NCBI GenBank assembly: GCA_017405445.1
Contig: JAFRAK010000007.1
Span: 95,689 to 159,688 of the forward strand
Direction of reading: 5' to 3'
DNA length: 64,000 bases
From: Bacilli bacterium
GTDB taxonomy: Bacteria; Bacillota_I; Bacilli_A; RF39; UBA660
Shown: one piece after another, positions 19,801 through 30,600 of the stretch
Position numbering within the stretch: position 1 is the first letter of the stretch
Layout of the letters: each line of letters starts with the position of its first letter
Translations under genes and position numbers: made by a program
The notes under the pieces: generated by a model
What the model was told of the DNA's origin: nothing
The model's input: the letters and a program-made list of their open reading frames with translations, nothing else
Database searches by the model: none

Positions 19801-21571
19801 TGATCCAACAACAGGATTAGTTGAAACAGTTGCTACAGGATATACAATTATTACTGCAAGTGTTGGAACAGCACCTAATGTAGTTTCTGATACTATTAGA
19901 ATTAATGTAATTATTTCAATTAACTCTATTACTTTAAATGACGGAGAAACTTATTCAATTGCTAAAGATGCTGAGTATACTTTAGGTTATACATTAGATC
20001 CAAGTGATACAACATATCAAAATGTAACATGGACAAGTAGTGATTCAACAACAGTATCTGTAAACTCATCAGGAAAGATAAAAGGTCTAAAAAAAGGAAC
20101 TGCAACAATTACAGCTAAAGCAGGAAAATCTGGACAAGAAGTAACAGACTCCATTACTGTTACAGTATATATCTCAACATCTAGTATTAGTATTAATGGA
20201 GATTCAACTTTTACAATGACTAAAGGGTCAAATAAAACTCTAACTGCTACTGTAGAACCTTCAACCTCCGATCAAGATGTAACTTGGGAAACAAGTGATT
20301 CAACAATTGTTTCAGTAGTAAGAAATACAAGTAATCATAAGCAAGCAACGATAACTGCTAATAAAGTAGGAACTGCTACTATTACTGCTAGATCTGGTTC
20401 AAAAACTGCTACAGTAACCGTAACAGTAAACAATCCAGCTCAAACTGTAACAATCTCAGGTTCAGATTCAATTACAATCCATAGAGGATCTAATCAAAAC
20501 TTAACTGCTACAAAGATTCCAACTGATGCTGATGATCCTATTACATGGACATCAAGTAAACCTAGTGTAGCAACAGTAACTGTAATAAGTGAAGCAAATG
20601 GTGTTTCAACTGTAAGAGTAAATGCAGTTGGAAAAGGAGATACTGTAATTACTGCTAAATCTGGAAGTGCGTCAGATACAATAAATGTACATGTAGATGC
20701 TCCAATTACTGGTTTTGAATCAGATAGTTTGGAAGAAACAGTTCTAAAAGGTAAAAGCAAGCAATTATCATATCAAATTATTCCACAAGATACTTCAGAT
20801 ACAGTAAATATCACTTGGACAAGTCAAAATCCTGATATTGTTACTGTAAACAATGAAGGAAAAGTTACTGGAGTAAGTGCTGGAGAAGGAGTAGTAACTG
20901 CAACATTATCAGGATATACATTAACTTATACAATATCAGTAGGAACAATTCCAATTCAGTCAATTACTTTAGATAAAGATGATTTTAATTTAAGAAAAGG
21001 TTCTACTGAAAAACTAACATATACCGTTGTTCCTGAATCAACAACAGATCTATCAGATCCTGAATGGTTATCAAGTGATGAGTCTATCGTAACAGTTGAT
21101 GCAGATGGAAATGTAACTGGTGTAGTTGCGGGAGAAGCAACTATCACATTAAAAATGAATGGAACAACTTATGACCAAGTAACAATAACAGTAATAGAAA
21201 TTCCATTAACAGATATTACGATTACTACAGATTCTGGAGATGTAGATATTGGAGGACAAATGACAATTCATATTGTCGAAAACCCTGAAGATACTACAGA
21301 TGAAGTAGATTATACATTTGAATCAAGCGATGAGTCTATCGCAACAGTAGATGAAAATGGTGTCGTTAAAGGAATTAAAAACGGAACAGTAACAATTACT
21401 GTACATTCTTCGAATGGATTAGAAGATTCAATTCAATTAAATATTGTTACTCCACGAGATATCATAAATCCAAATACTGGAGTTAAATCTATTATTATAT
21501 ATATCATTAGTGGTATATGCTCATTACTAGGAGCAAGATTTATATTCAAGAAAAAGATTATGGTTAAATAA
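16883..21571 (+). CDS. Wall-sorted scaffold-like surface protein: N-terminal cohesin-like module + ~17 Big_2 Ig-like domains + NPNTG sorting signal
   Basis: Signal peptide ending AFA|DSD. Cohesin-like pattern: PGDTVELTYSL..KIAVLSIEYDSNVFEHL..GNVTFGKIKLKVRDDAVGGDTTISIV. Recurrent Big_2 signatures such as ITWTSSDDNIATVSNGLVTAVAPGSVTITAT. NPNTG (21467-21481) is followed by a TM helix and a KKKIMVK tail. The start could be ATG 16883 or ATG 16889. Confidence 0.75.
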   Translation: MCMRRFFRKKLRSLSKVKIKTKKLGLISVFAVAIFVVSMITAFADSDVILTLTPTISPVGGHYVYQPGDTVELTYSLNSSKAWKIAVLSIEYDSNVFEHLDGNVTHEDPDTGDDVVDYGFDQTISASNYNIIPAFGDPGVYQMTVPVIYKLNDANATKGAGNVTFGKIKLKVRDDAVGGDTTISIVEGNNKTYVYALDDTDLFSYDADDVTVRIDVPIESWSPNPTSLSLDLTANSTGNISIDYLPVTASEPVPTFQSSNTSVCTVNSTTGTVTAVGVGTCNISVTIDGDTTPKTVPVTVTNHLTSLTLDSELETLSQGNTHTFTVTTTPANPSETANPSETTYTYNWVSSDPSKVTVTSTNGNTATVTATAATEVGQPVTLTCYAVINGVQSSTIYTQANITVIIPLTGAHAQDSNMTLIKGVDDEKQIVVVYEPSGATERPEITWESANPSIVSVSNSGVITAVTNSGGNAITVTGTMQALNGNTYTVTTNVTVEVPLESVSVNPSEVNLYEGQSQSVAESYLPADTYPLPALTWATSDSNVATVSNGTITAVNAGTATITATRGTGASAKSATVTVHVYTEITGLVMSEPSATIYTNVNGQKTKQLTASIQPAGAGTDADKVITWTSSDDNIATVSNGLVTAVAPGSVTITATTGSGAQATATITVERVATAFTVTNGTDVIVEKGSTHTIQTSISGNPDPMPTITWSDPSTNHVTINKTTGEVTAVSNGNATITGTIPSQPNPLSVTVNITVRTSPNSVTIDQGDYKRINKNESFTLTAVKDPGDASDNIVWSSSDSNIVSINSSTGVITGVAMGTATITATLGNKTDTISVEVYVPVQTFEINENDTITINQGSEKTLSRTITPQPCSETVITWTSSDDTKVLVDSDGKIRGVATTSTPVTITGLIGGKSDSIQVNVILPADGITIQGGNEIDVEFGSNQQLTAQISPPGSTDTGVTWTSSNPNVATVDPTTGLVETVATGYTIITASVGTAPNVVSDTIRINVIISINSITLNDGETYSIAKDAEYTLGYTLDPSDTTYQNVTWTSSDSTTVSVNSSGKIKGLKKGTATITAKAGKSGQEVTDSITVTVYISTSSISINGDSTFTMTKGSNKTLTATVEPSTSDQDVTWETSDSTIVSVVRNTSNHKQATITANKVGTATITARSGSKTATVTVTVNNPAQTVTISGSDSITIHRGSNQNLTATKIPTDADDPITWTSSKPSVATVTVISEANGVSTVRVNAVGKGDTVITAKSGSASDTINVHVDAPITGFESDSLEETVLKGKSKQLSYQIIPQDTSDTVNITWTSQNPDIVTVNNEGKVTGVSAGEGVVTATLSGYTLTYTISVGTIPIQSITLDKDDFNLRKGSTEKLTYTVVPESTTDLSDPEWLSSDESIVTVDADGNVTGVVAGEATITLKMNGTTYDQVTITVIEIPLTDITITTDSGDVDIGGQMTIHIVENPEDTTDEVDYTFESSDESIATVDENGVVKGIKNGTVTITVHSSNGLEDSIQLNIVTPRDIINPNTGVKSIIIYIISGICSLLGARFIFKKKIMVK

Positions 21572-21629
21572 AAGGGTGGGAGAGGTCTTTCATCCTTTTT
21601 ACTCTATTTTAAGAACAGGAGGGATTATT

Positions 21630-24600
21630 ATGAAAAAGATCAGAAAAGTATTTTTATTGCTATTCTGTTTTTTTGCTTTCTTTCTATTTAATATGAATGT
21701 AGCACATGCTGATTCCACCCCTGTTTATTGGACTGTTTCTGGTTCTCCTATTACCACTGCATCAGGATTTACAAAAGTAGCTTTTGAAGATACATCACAA
21801 GTTCATACAACTATTTCATCATATACTTATTATAAAGATGCAACATGTGATAGCTTTATAACCCCATCTTATCAATTTTGTGATACGAATAGTGTACCAT
21901 TAGAGAATCACGTAATGATATATATTAGTAGTAATACATTATATATTCAGTTTAAAGGAACATTATATTTAAATGAAAATTCAACTAGTTTATTTTCTGG
22001 TTTAAGTCAAGGTAATGTTACTCAAATTACTGGTTTAGAATATGTTAATACTTCTAACGTAAAATCCATGGAAAAAATGTTTTATGCAAATAGAAAATTA
22101 ACATCTCTTGATTTGTCTCATTTTGATACTTCGCAAGTAACAAACATGAAAGATATGTTTGGTTATATGAGTACAATAACAACCTTAGATGTTTCTATGT
22201 TTGATACATCCAATGTTACCAATATGGAAGGAATGTTTCAAACACTTAAATCATTAACTACTCTTAAATTTTTTGATAATAATAATATAACTCATTTTAG
22301 TACGGCCAATGTAACGAATATGGCTAATATGTTTGCGGGATGTAATAGTTTAACATCTTTAGATTTAACCTTTTTTTCAACGGCAAACGTTGAAAATATG
22401 TCTTATATGTTTTGTGAAATGTCAGATTTAACATCATTAAACATCAGTAGTTTTAATACTTCAAATGTAACTGATATGTCTTATATGTTTGCTAAAATGT
22501 CTAGTATGACATCGATTCCGATTACTTATCTTACAACAGGTTCTGTTACAACAATGGAAGGAATGTTTCAAGATCTGACAAGTATAACTTCTTTGGATAT
22601 TTCTAGTTTTAATACTTATAATCTAGAAAATATGTCTCATATGTTCCAAGGAGATACTGCATTAACAAGCTTAAATCTTTCTGGTTTATATACCAATATG
22701 GTAGAAAATTATGAAAGTATGTTTGAAAATGTTACCAGTTTAACAACCTTAGATGTTTCAGGTTTTAATACAATTGGTGCGGAGAATATGTCAAGGATGT
22801 TTTATAACATGACATCTTTAACAAGTCTATCTGTGGCAAATTTTAATACTTCAAATGTTACAGATATGTCTTATATGTTTTATAATTTAATAGGTATTTC
22901 ATCTTTAAATGTTTCAAATTTCAATACAAGATATGTAACAAATATGGAAGGTATGTTTTCCAAATTACTAATTTCTACTCTAGATGTTTTGAATTTTAAC
23001 ACTTCAAATGTTACAAATATGAAAAGAATGTTTGAAGGAATGCCAAATATTCAAGTTTTAGATTTGAGTAGTTTTAATACTCGCTATGTAACAAATATGC
23101 AAGAAATGTTTGCCAATAATACTTCCCTTGAAACAATTTATGCTTCATCAACATGGACTACCTCTAGAATTTCAAGTTCTGGTGGTGGAAACATTTTCAT
23201 GGGGGATGTTAATTTAAAAGTTGCATACGGCGATCCTAGAGATCCATATCAAACTACATATAGTGCTGAAAAAGTGGATAAAAGATATGCTATTATAGAT
23301 TCCTTTAATACAGAAGGATATTTAAGTGTTCATTGGAGTATTTCAAGTTCCGTATATGAAATTTTATATTATGATGATTATGATTTTGATCAACCAGATA
23401 TGAAAGTAGATGCTTTACAAAATTATTTTGATACAAGTAATATTACATTTAATAATGTGACTCCATACTACAATTCGACAGAAGAATATCTATATGTTGT
23501 TTACAACAACTTAAATATCAGACGTTTTAAAGTAGTAAAACCAATTTTAGATATTGATATTTCACAAGGAGATATCTCAATCATCCGTGGAAGAACTCGC
23601 CAATTATCAGTAGATTTCGATCCAGCAGATACAACTTATGATAGAACAATTACTTGGGAAAGTGATGATACAAGTTTGCTTACAGTAGATGCAGATGGAA
23701 CAATTCATGCACTTCAAAAAGGAACGGTACATGTAACTGCAACATCAATAGATGGAAGAGTAATTGCAAACCCATATACTGGAGAAACAGATGATAGTAA
23801 ACAAGATACAATTGAGATTGAGATTTATATTCCAGTAGATACATTTGAATTTAAAGATGAGACTACTGTGGACTATCAAGGGGATGATGTGGTTGCGATT
23901 ATCCCAAGAGGGCATGGGGAAATCAATCCTTTTGATCATTATTCTTTTCAAAAACCAACACTTGAACCACATGATACAGTAGTTGATCCATTAGATGACA
24001 CAACAGAATCAACAAATATTACTTGGACAAGTGGAGATACAAGCATAGTAACAGTTGATCAAAATGGTACCATAACAGGTGTTTCACCAGGACATACAAC
24101 AATTACAGCATCTTTAGATAGTAACGCACGATATTTAGTTCCAAATACAGATGACGAAATACAAACAGGTTACTCCATTTCATATGATGTATGGGTTTAT
24201 ATCCCAATTGATACATTTACAATAGAACCATCCTATCGACTTTATTATGATGATTATGAATATAACCATCACCAATTAACAGAAGTACGTCAATCAGATA
24301 CTTATGATCATTATGAAGAACCAGGAACAATTACTTGGTCATCAAGTGATCCAACAGTAGTAACAATTGATCAAAATGGTAATATAACAGGTCTTAATAA
24401 AGAGGGTACTTCAACTATTACAGCAACAATTCCAAAAGGTTGGTCTAGAACTTCAACAGTAGATGTTAAGATTTTAGCTACTGGTTTAACTCTATCTATT
24501 AATGGAGAAGAACAAACAGTTAGTGATACAAAAACGTTAGAGTGGAAAGAATTCTTTACTTATGAAACAACTATTGCTCCTTCAAATTCATCTTATACAA

Positions 24601-27600
24601 ATATTACATGGGCATCCTCTGATACAAATGTAGCAACAGTAGATTCTAATGGAAAAGTAACTGCAACAGGTGCAGGAGATGCTGTTATAACGGCAACCCT
24701 ACATAATGCAGATAATGAAGGCTTAGCAAGAGATTTAAATATTTATGAATCAAGAAATATTCATGTTTTAAGACCAATTACAACATTCACAACAGCATTA
24801 GATCCAAATAGAAGTACTTTATATTTAGGAGACCCAGAAAATGAATATGATAGAGCACAATTAATACCAACATACAATAATGGAAATCCATATGATGTAT
24901 CAGGAGCATTAACACATACACTAACAAATAATCGTTTAACAATAGAAGAAATAAATTCACAAACTCATACAGCACAAATAATTGCAGTTTCAAAAGGATC
25001 AGAAAATATTCACACAAAAGTAGATCATTATCCAACATCATTTGATGATTCTGTATATGAAACTGATACAGCACTAACTATTAAGCAATTAGCTACGTCA
25101 TTTGCAATTACCAATCAAGCAGCAAATGAAACAAAAGAACTAGAATGGAAAGATACATTCACTTATACAACATCCATTTTACCGACAACATCAGATTATA
25201 CGAATGTTACATGGACATCATCTGATTCTAGTATTGTATCAGTAGATGCAAATGGAACAATAACAGCAGTTTCTCCAGGAACAGTAACAATAACTGCAAC
25301 ATTACATAATGCAGACGGAGAAGGCTTAGCAAGAGACTTAAACTTCTATGAAACAAGAACAGTAAAAGTACCAATACCAATTACAACATTCACAACAGCA
25401 TTAAATCCAAACAGAAATACTTTATATTTAGGAGACCCAGAGAATGAATATGATAGAGCACAATTAATCCCAACATACAATAATGGAAGCTCCTATGAAG
25501 TACCTGGAAATTTAACACATACACCAGCAAATGGTCGTGTAACGGTAACAGAAACAAGTTCACAAACTCATACAGCACAAATAATTGCTGTTTCAAAAGG
25601 ACAAGAAACGATTCATACAGATGTAACACATTATCCAACGTCATTTGATAATTCTGATTATTATACGGATACATCTTTAACAATCAAACAATTAGCAACA
25701 AGTTTTAATATTACCAATCAAGCAGCAAATGAAACAAAAGAACTAGAATGGAAAGATACATTCACTTATACAACGAGTTATTTACCAGCAACATCAGATT
25801 ATACGAATATAACTTGGGCATCATCTGATGATACGATTGTATCAGTAGATGCAAATGGAATGATTACTGCATTAGCACCAGGAACAGTAACGATAACAGC
25901 AACCCTACATAATGCAGATAATGAAGGTTTAGATAGAAATCTAAATCTAACACAAACAAGAACAGTAAAAGTACCAATACCAATTACATCATTTACAACA
26001 GCATTAAATCCAAATAGAAGTACTTTATATTTAGGAGATTCAGAATACGATCATTTAGATTTAGTACCAACATACAATAATGGAAATTCATATGAAGTAC
26101 CCGGAAATCTAACATGGACAACAACAAATAGTAATCTTATATCTATAATAGAAAAAAATTCACAAACTCATGTTGCAACAATTACAGCACTTAAAAAAGG
26201 AACAGATAATATTCATACAAAAGTAAATCATTATCCAACATCATTTGATGATTCTGTATATGAAACAGATACTGCAATTACTATAAAGCAATTAGCAACG
26301 TCATTTGAAATTACCAATCAAGCAGCTAATGAAACAAAAGAACTAGAATGGAAAGATACATTCACTTATACAACGAGTTATTTACCAGCATCATCAGATT
26401 ATACGAATGTTACTTGGACTTCATCTGATGATACGATTGTATCAGTAGATGCAAATGGAATGATTACTGCAGTTTCTCCAGGAACAGTAACAATAACCGC
26501 AACCCTACATAATGCAGATAACGAAGGATTAGAGAGAGACTTAAACTTCTATGAAACAAGAACAGTAAAAGTACCAATACCAATTACATCATTTACAACA
26601 GCATTAGATCCATCAAGAACAACATTATATATGGGAGATCCAGAAAATGAATATGATAGAGCACAATTAATCCCAACATACAATGGTGGAAGCTCCTACG
26701 AAGTACCTGGAAATCTAACATGGTCACTAACAAATGATCTTGTAACTGTAACAGAAACAAGTTCACAAACTCATACAGCCCAAATAATTGCTGTTTCAAA
26801 AGGACAAGAAACAATTCATACAAAAGTAGATCATTATCCAACAGCATTTGATGATTCAGTATATGAAACAGATACAGCACTAACCATTAAACAGTTAACA
26901 ACAAGCTTTAATATTACCAATCAAGCAGCAAATGAAACAAAAGAATTAGAGTGGAAAGATACATTCACTTATACAACATCAATATTACCGACAACATCAG
27001 ATTATACGAATGTTACTTGGACATCATCTGATGATACGATTGTTTCAGTAGATGCAAGTGGAACAATAACAGCAGTTTCTCCAGGAACAGTAACGATAAC
27101 CGCAACTCTACATAATGCAGATAATGAAGGTTTAGATAGAAATCTAAATCTAACACAAACAAGAACAGTAAATGTACCAATTCCAATTACATCATTTACA
27201 ACAGCATTAGATCCTTCAAGAACAACATTATATATGGGAGACCCAGAGAATGAATATGATAGAGCACAATTAATCCCAACATACAATAATGGAAATCCAT
27301 ATGAAGTATCTGGAAATATAACACACACCCCAGAAAATGATCATGTAACTGTAACAGAAACAAGTTCACAAACTCATACAGCACAAATCATAGCTGTTTC
27401 AAAAGGACAAGAAACGATTCATACAAAAGTAGATCATTATCCAACATCATTTGATGATTCTGTATATGAAACAGATACTGCAATTACTATTAAGCAATTA
27501 GCTACGTCATTTGAAATTACCAATCAAGCAGCAAATGAAACAAAAGAACTAGAATGGAAAGATACATTCACTTATACAACGAGTTATTTACCAGCAACAT

Positions 27601-30600
27601 CAGATTATACGAATGTTACTTGGGCATCATCTGATGATACGATTGTTTCAGTAGATGCAAATGGAACAATAACAGCAGTTGCTCCAGGAACAGTAACGAT
27701 AACCGCAACCCTACATAATGCAGATAACGAAGGATTAGAGAGAGACTTAAACTTCTATGAAACAAGAACAGTAAAAGTACCAATACCAATTACAACATTC
27801 ACAACAGCATTAAGTCCAAACAGAAATACTTTATATTTAGGAGATCCAGAGAATGAATATGATAGGGCACAATTAATCCCAACATACAATAATGGAAGCT
27901 CCTACGAAGTACCTGGAAATATAACACACACCCCAGCAAATAATCATGTAACTGTAACAGAAACAGATGTAGAAACTCATGAAGCACAAATAATTGCAGT
28001 TTCAAAAGGACAAGAAACGATTCATACAGATGTAACACATTATCCAACGTCATTTGATAATTCTGATTATTATACGGATACATCTTTAACAATCAAACAA
28101 TTAGCAACGTCATTCGAAATTACCAATCAAGCAGCTAATGAAACAAAAGAACTAGAATGGAAAGATACATTCACTTATACACCATCCATTTTGCCAACAA
28201 CATCAGATTATACGAATATAACTTGGACATCATCTGACGATACGATTGTATCAGTAGATGCAAATGGAATGATTACTGCATTATCACCAGGAACAGTAAC
28301 AATAACCGCAACATTACATAATGCAGATAACGAAGGTTTAGATAGAAATCTAAATCTAACACAAACAAGAACAGTAAAAGTTCCAATACCAATCACAACA
28401 TTCACAACATCATTAAGTCCAAATAGAAGTACTTTATATTTAGGAGATTCAGAATATGATCATTTAGATATAGTACCAACATATAATAATGGAGATTCAT
28501 ACGATATAGATGGAAGCTTGACTTGGACACCAGCAAATGGACATGTAACCGTAACTGAAAAAACACCAATTACGAATCAACATATTGCAACAATCCAAGC
28601 AATTACAAAAGGACAAGAAAGTATTAATACAAAAGTAAATCATTATCCTTCATCCTTTGATGATTCTGTATATGAAACAAATACAGCAATTACAGTTAAA
28701 CAACTTGCTTTAAGTTTAGAAATTAATAATCAAAGTAGTTCTACAACAAAGAATATGAAAGTAGGAGAGACTTTCTTATATCAAACAACGATTAGTCCTG
28801 ATTCTTCAGATTATACGAATATAACTTGGACATCATCTGATGATACGATTGTCTCAGTAGATGCAAGTGGAACAATAACAGCAGTTGCTCCAGGGGATGC
28901 TGTAATAACGGCAACCCTACATAATGCAGATAATGAAGGTTTAGATAGAAATCTAAATATAGAATTAACAAGAAATGTTCATGTAGTAAAAGAAATAAGT
29001 GAATTTACTTTAAATCCAACAAATTATACAGTTTATACAAATGAAAGTTTAGCTGGACATACTGTACAATTACAACCAACAATTGGACCAGTAGGATATG
29101 AAGAAACTCCACATATTTCATGGAGTAGTGCAGATGAAGATATCGCAACAGTTTCTCAAAATGGAACAGTCACTGGACACAATATGGGAAGTACTACTGT
29201 TACAGGAACACTAACTATTGATGATTCCACAAATGTCTTTACAGTAACTGCAAATATAACTGTTGAAACATTGATAGAAACATTTGAATTAGAATCACCA
29301 TCTTCTGTTACATTAGAATTAGGAGGATCTCATCATATTGTTACAGAGATTACTCCACAAATAACTTCAGAATCACAAGCAATAACATGGACAACAGGAG
29401 ATAGTAACGTTGCAACAGTTACAAATGGAGAAGTACATGCAGTAGGAGTTGGAACAACTTCAATTACTGGTACATTAATTTCTCAAGTATTAGGCACAAC
29501 AACAATAACAGTAGATGTTTCAGTAATGACATCGATTACAAGATTTGAATTGGATGTAGTGAGTCTTGAAACTTTAATACCAGGACAATCTCATCAATTA
29601 GTAGCTACAATAGAACCATCTAGTGCAACAAATAAACAAATTGAATGGTCTTCATCAAATCCTCAAGTTGCATCTGTAACAGATGGATTAGTAGTAGCAA
29701 ATACTGTTGGAACAGCAACAATTACAGCAACAATTAGAAATGCTACCTTAAATGGTGATAGATCTATAACAATACCTGTAAGAGTATTAAGAAAAATAGA
29801 TAGTATTTCAGTATCTCCATCAAATATTACTTTAGTATATGGTACAAGTGAAGCTGAAGCTAATCTAGAAGCAACAATTCTACCAGATAATGCAGAACAA
29901 GATAAAACGATTACTTGGAGAAGTAGCGATGATAGTGTAGTAACAGTTTCTCAAAATGGTAAGATTACTGCGGTAGCCAAAGGTACTGCAACGATAACTG
30001 CTAATTTATCAAATGGAATGGCAGCTACATGTGAAGTAACAGTCTTTGTACCAATTACTACTTATGAAGTAACAAATGGAACAGAAATCGAATTATATAA
30101 AGATCAAACTCATACAATTGAAACTAGAATTTTACCAAATGATCCATCAGTATCAAAAGTTATTAATTGGACATCAGATGATGATACTATTGCAACAGTT
30201 TCTTCAAATGGTACAGTAACAGCAGTAGGCTTTGGAACAACAACGATAAGAGGTACACTTGAAGATGATGAAGAAGTAACAGTATCTATAAAAGTAATTA
30301 GACCAATTAATAATGTTACAATTTCACAAAGAACATTAACTTTAGATAGAGGCGATTCACAAAATGATCATGCAACATTGAGCTTATCAATTGATCCTCC
30401 AGAAGCAGATGGAAACAAAACAGTTCAATGGAGATCAAGTGATGATACTGTCGCAACAGTAGATGAAAATGGATTAGTAACAGCAGTAGGAAATGGAACT
30501 GCAACAATAACTGGTTATATTGATAATGAGTATGTACAAGAAGAAAAGAGTGATTCTTGTGAAGTAACAGTAGTTGGAATAATCTCTAGTATCTCCATTT

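Noticed and set aside
21576-21629. N-terminal extensions offered by the ORF track (GTG 21576 for the adhesin; also 38753 for xfp, 62939 for rbr, 33949 for CPBP, 41993 for IMPase, 56814 for tig, 58284 for lon)
   Set aside because: In each case an internal ATG or GTG is preceded by a strong Shine-Dalgarno sequence at 5-9 nt and begins the recognisable protein. The extension covers terminator, promoter or intergenic sequence.
24787-28405. Series of 62-108-aa minus-strand ORFs (24787, 25390, 26593, 27002, 27196, 27799, 28208) with near-identical sequences
   Set aside because: They lie antisense inside the giant adhesin gene and recur with the 603-bp repeat period. They are Leu/Tyr-rich translations of the complementary strand with no RBS, so they are artefacts of the tandem repeat rather than genes.
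24474-28990. Regular repeats that could be a CRISPR array
   Set aside because: The units are ~600 bp, contiguous, in frame and coding, with no short repeat/spacer alternation and no cas genes.
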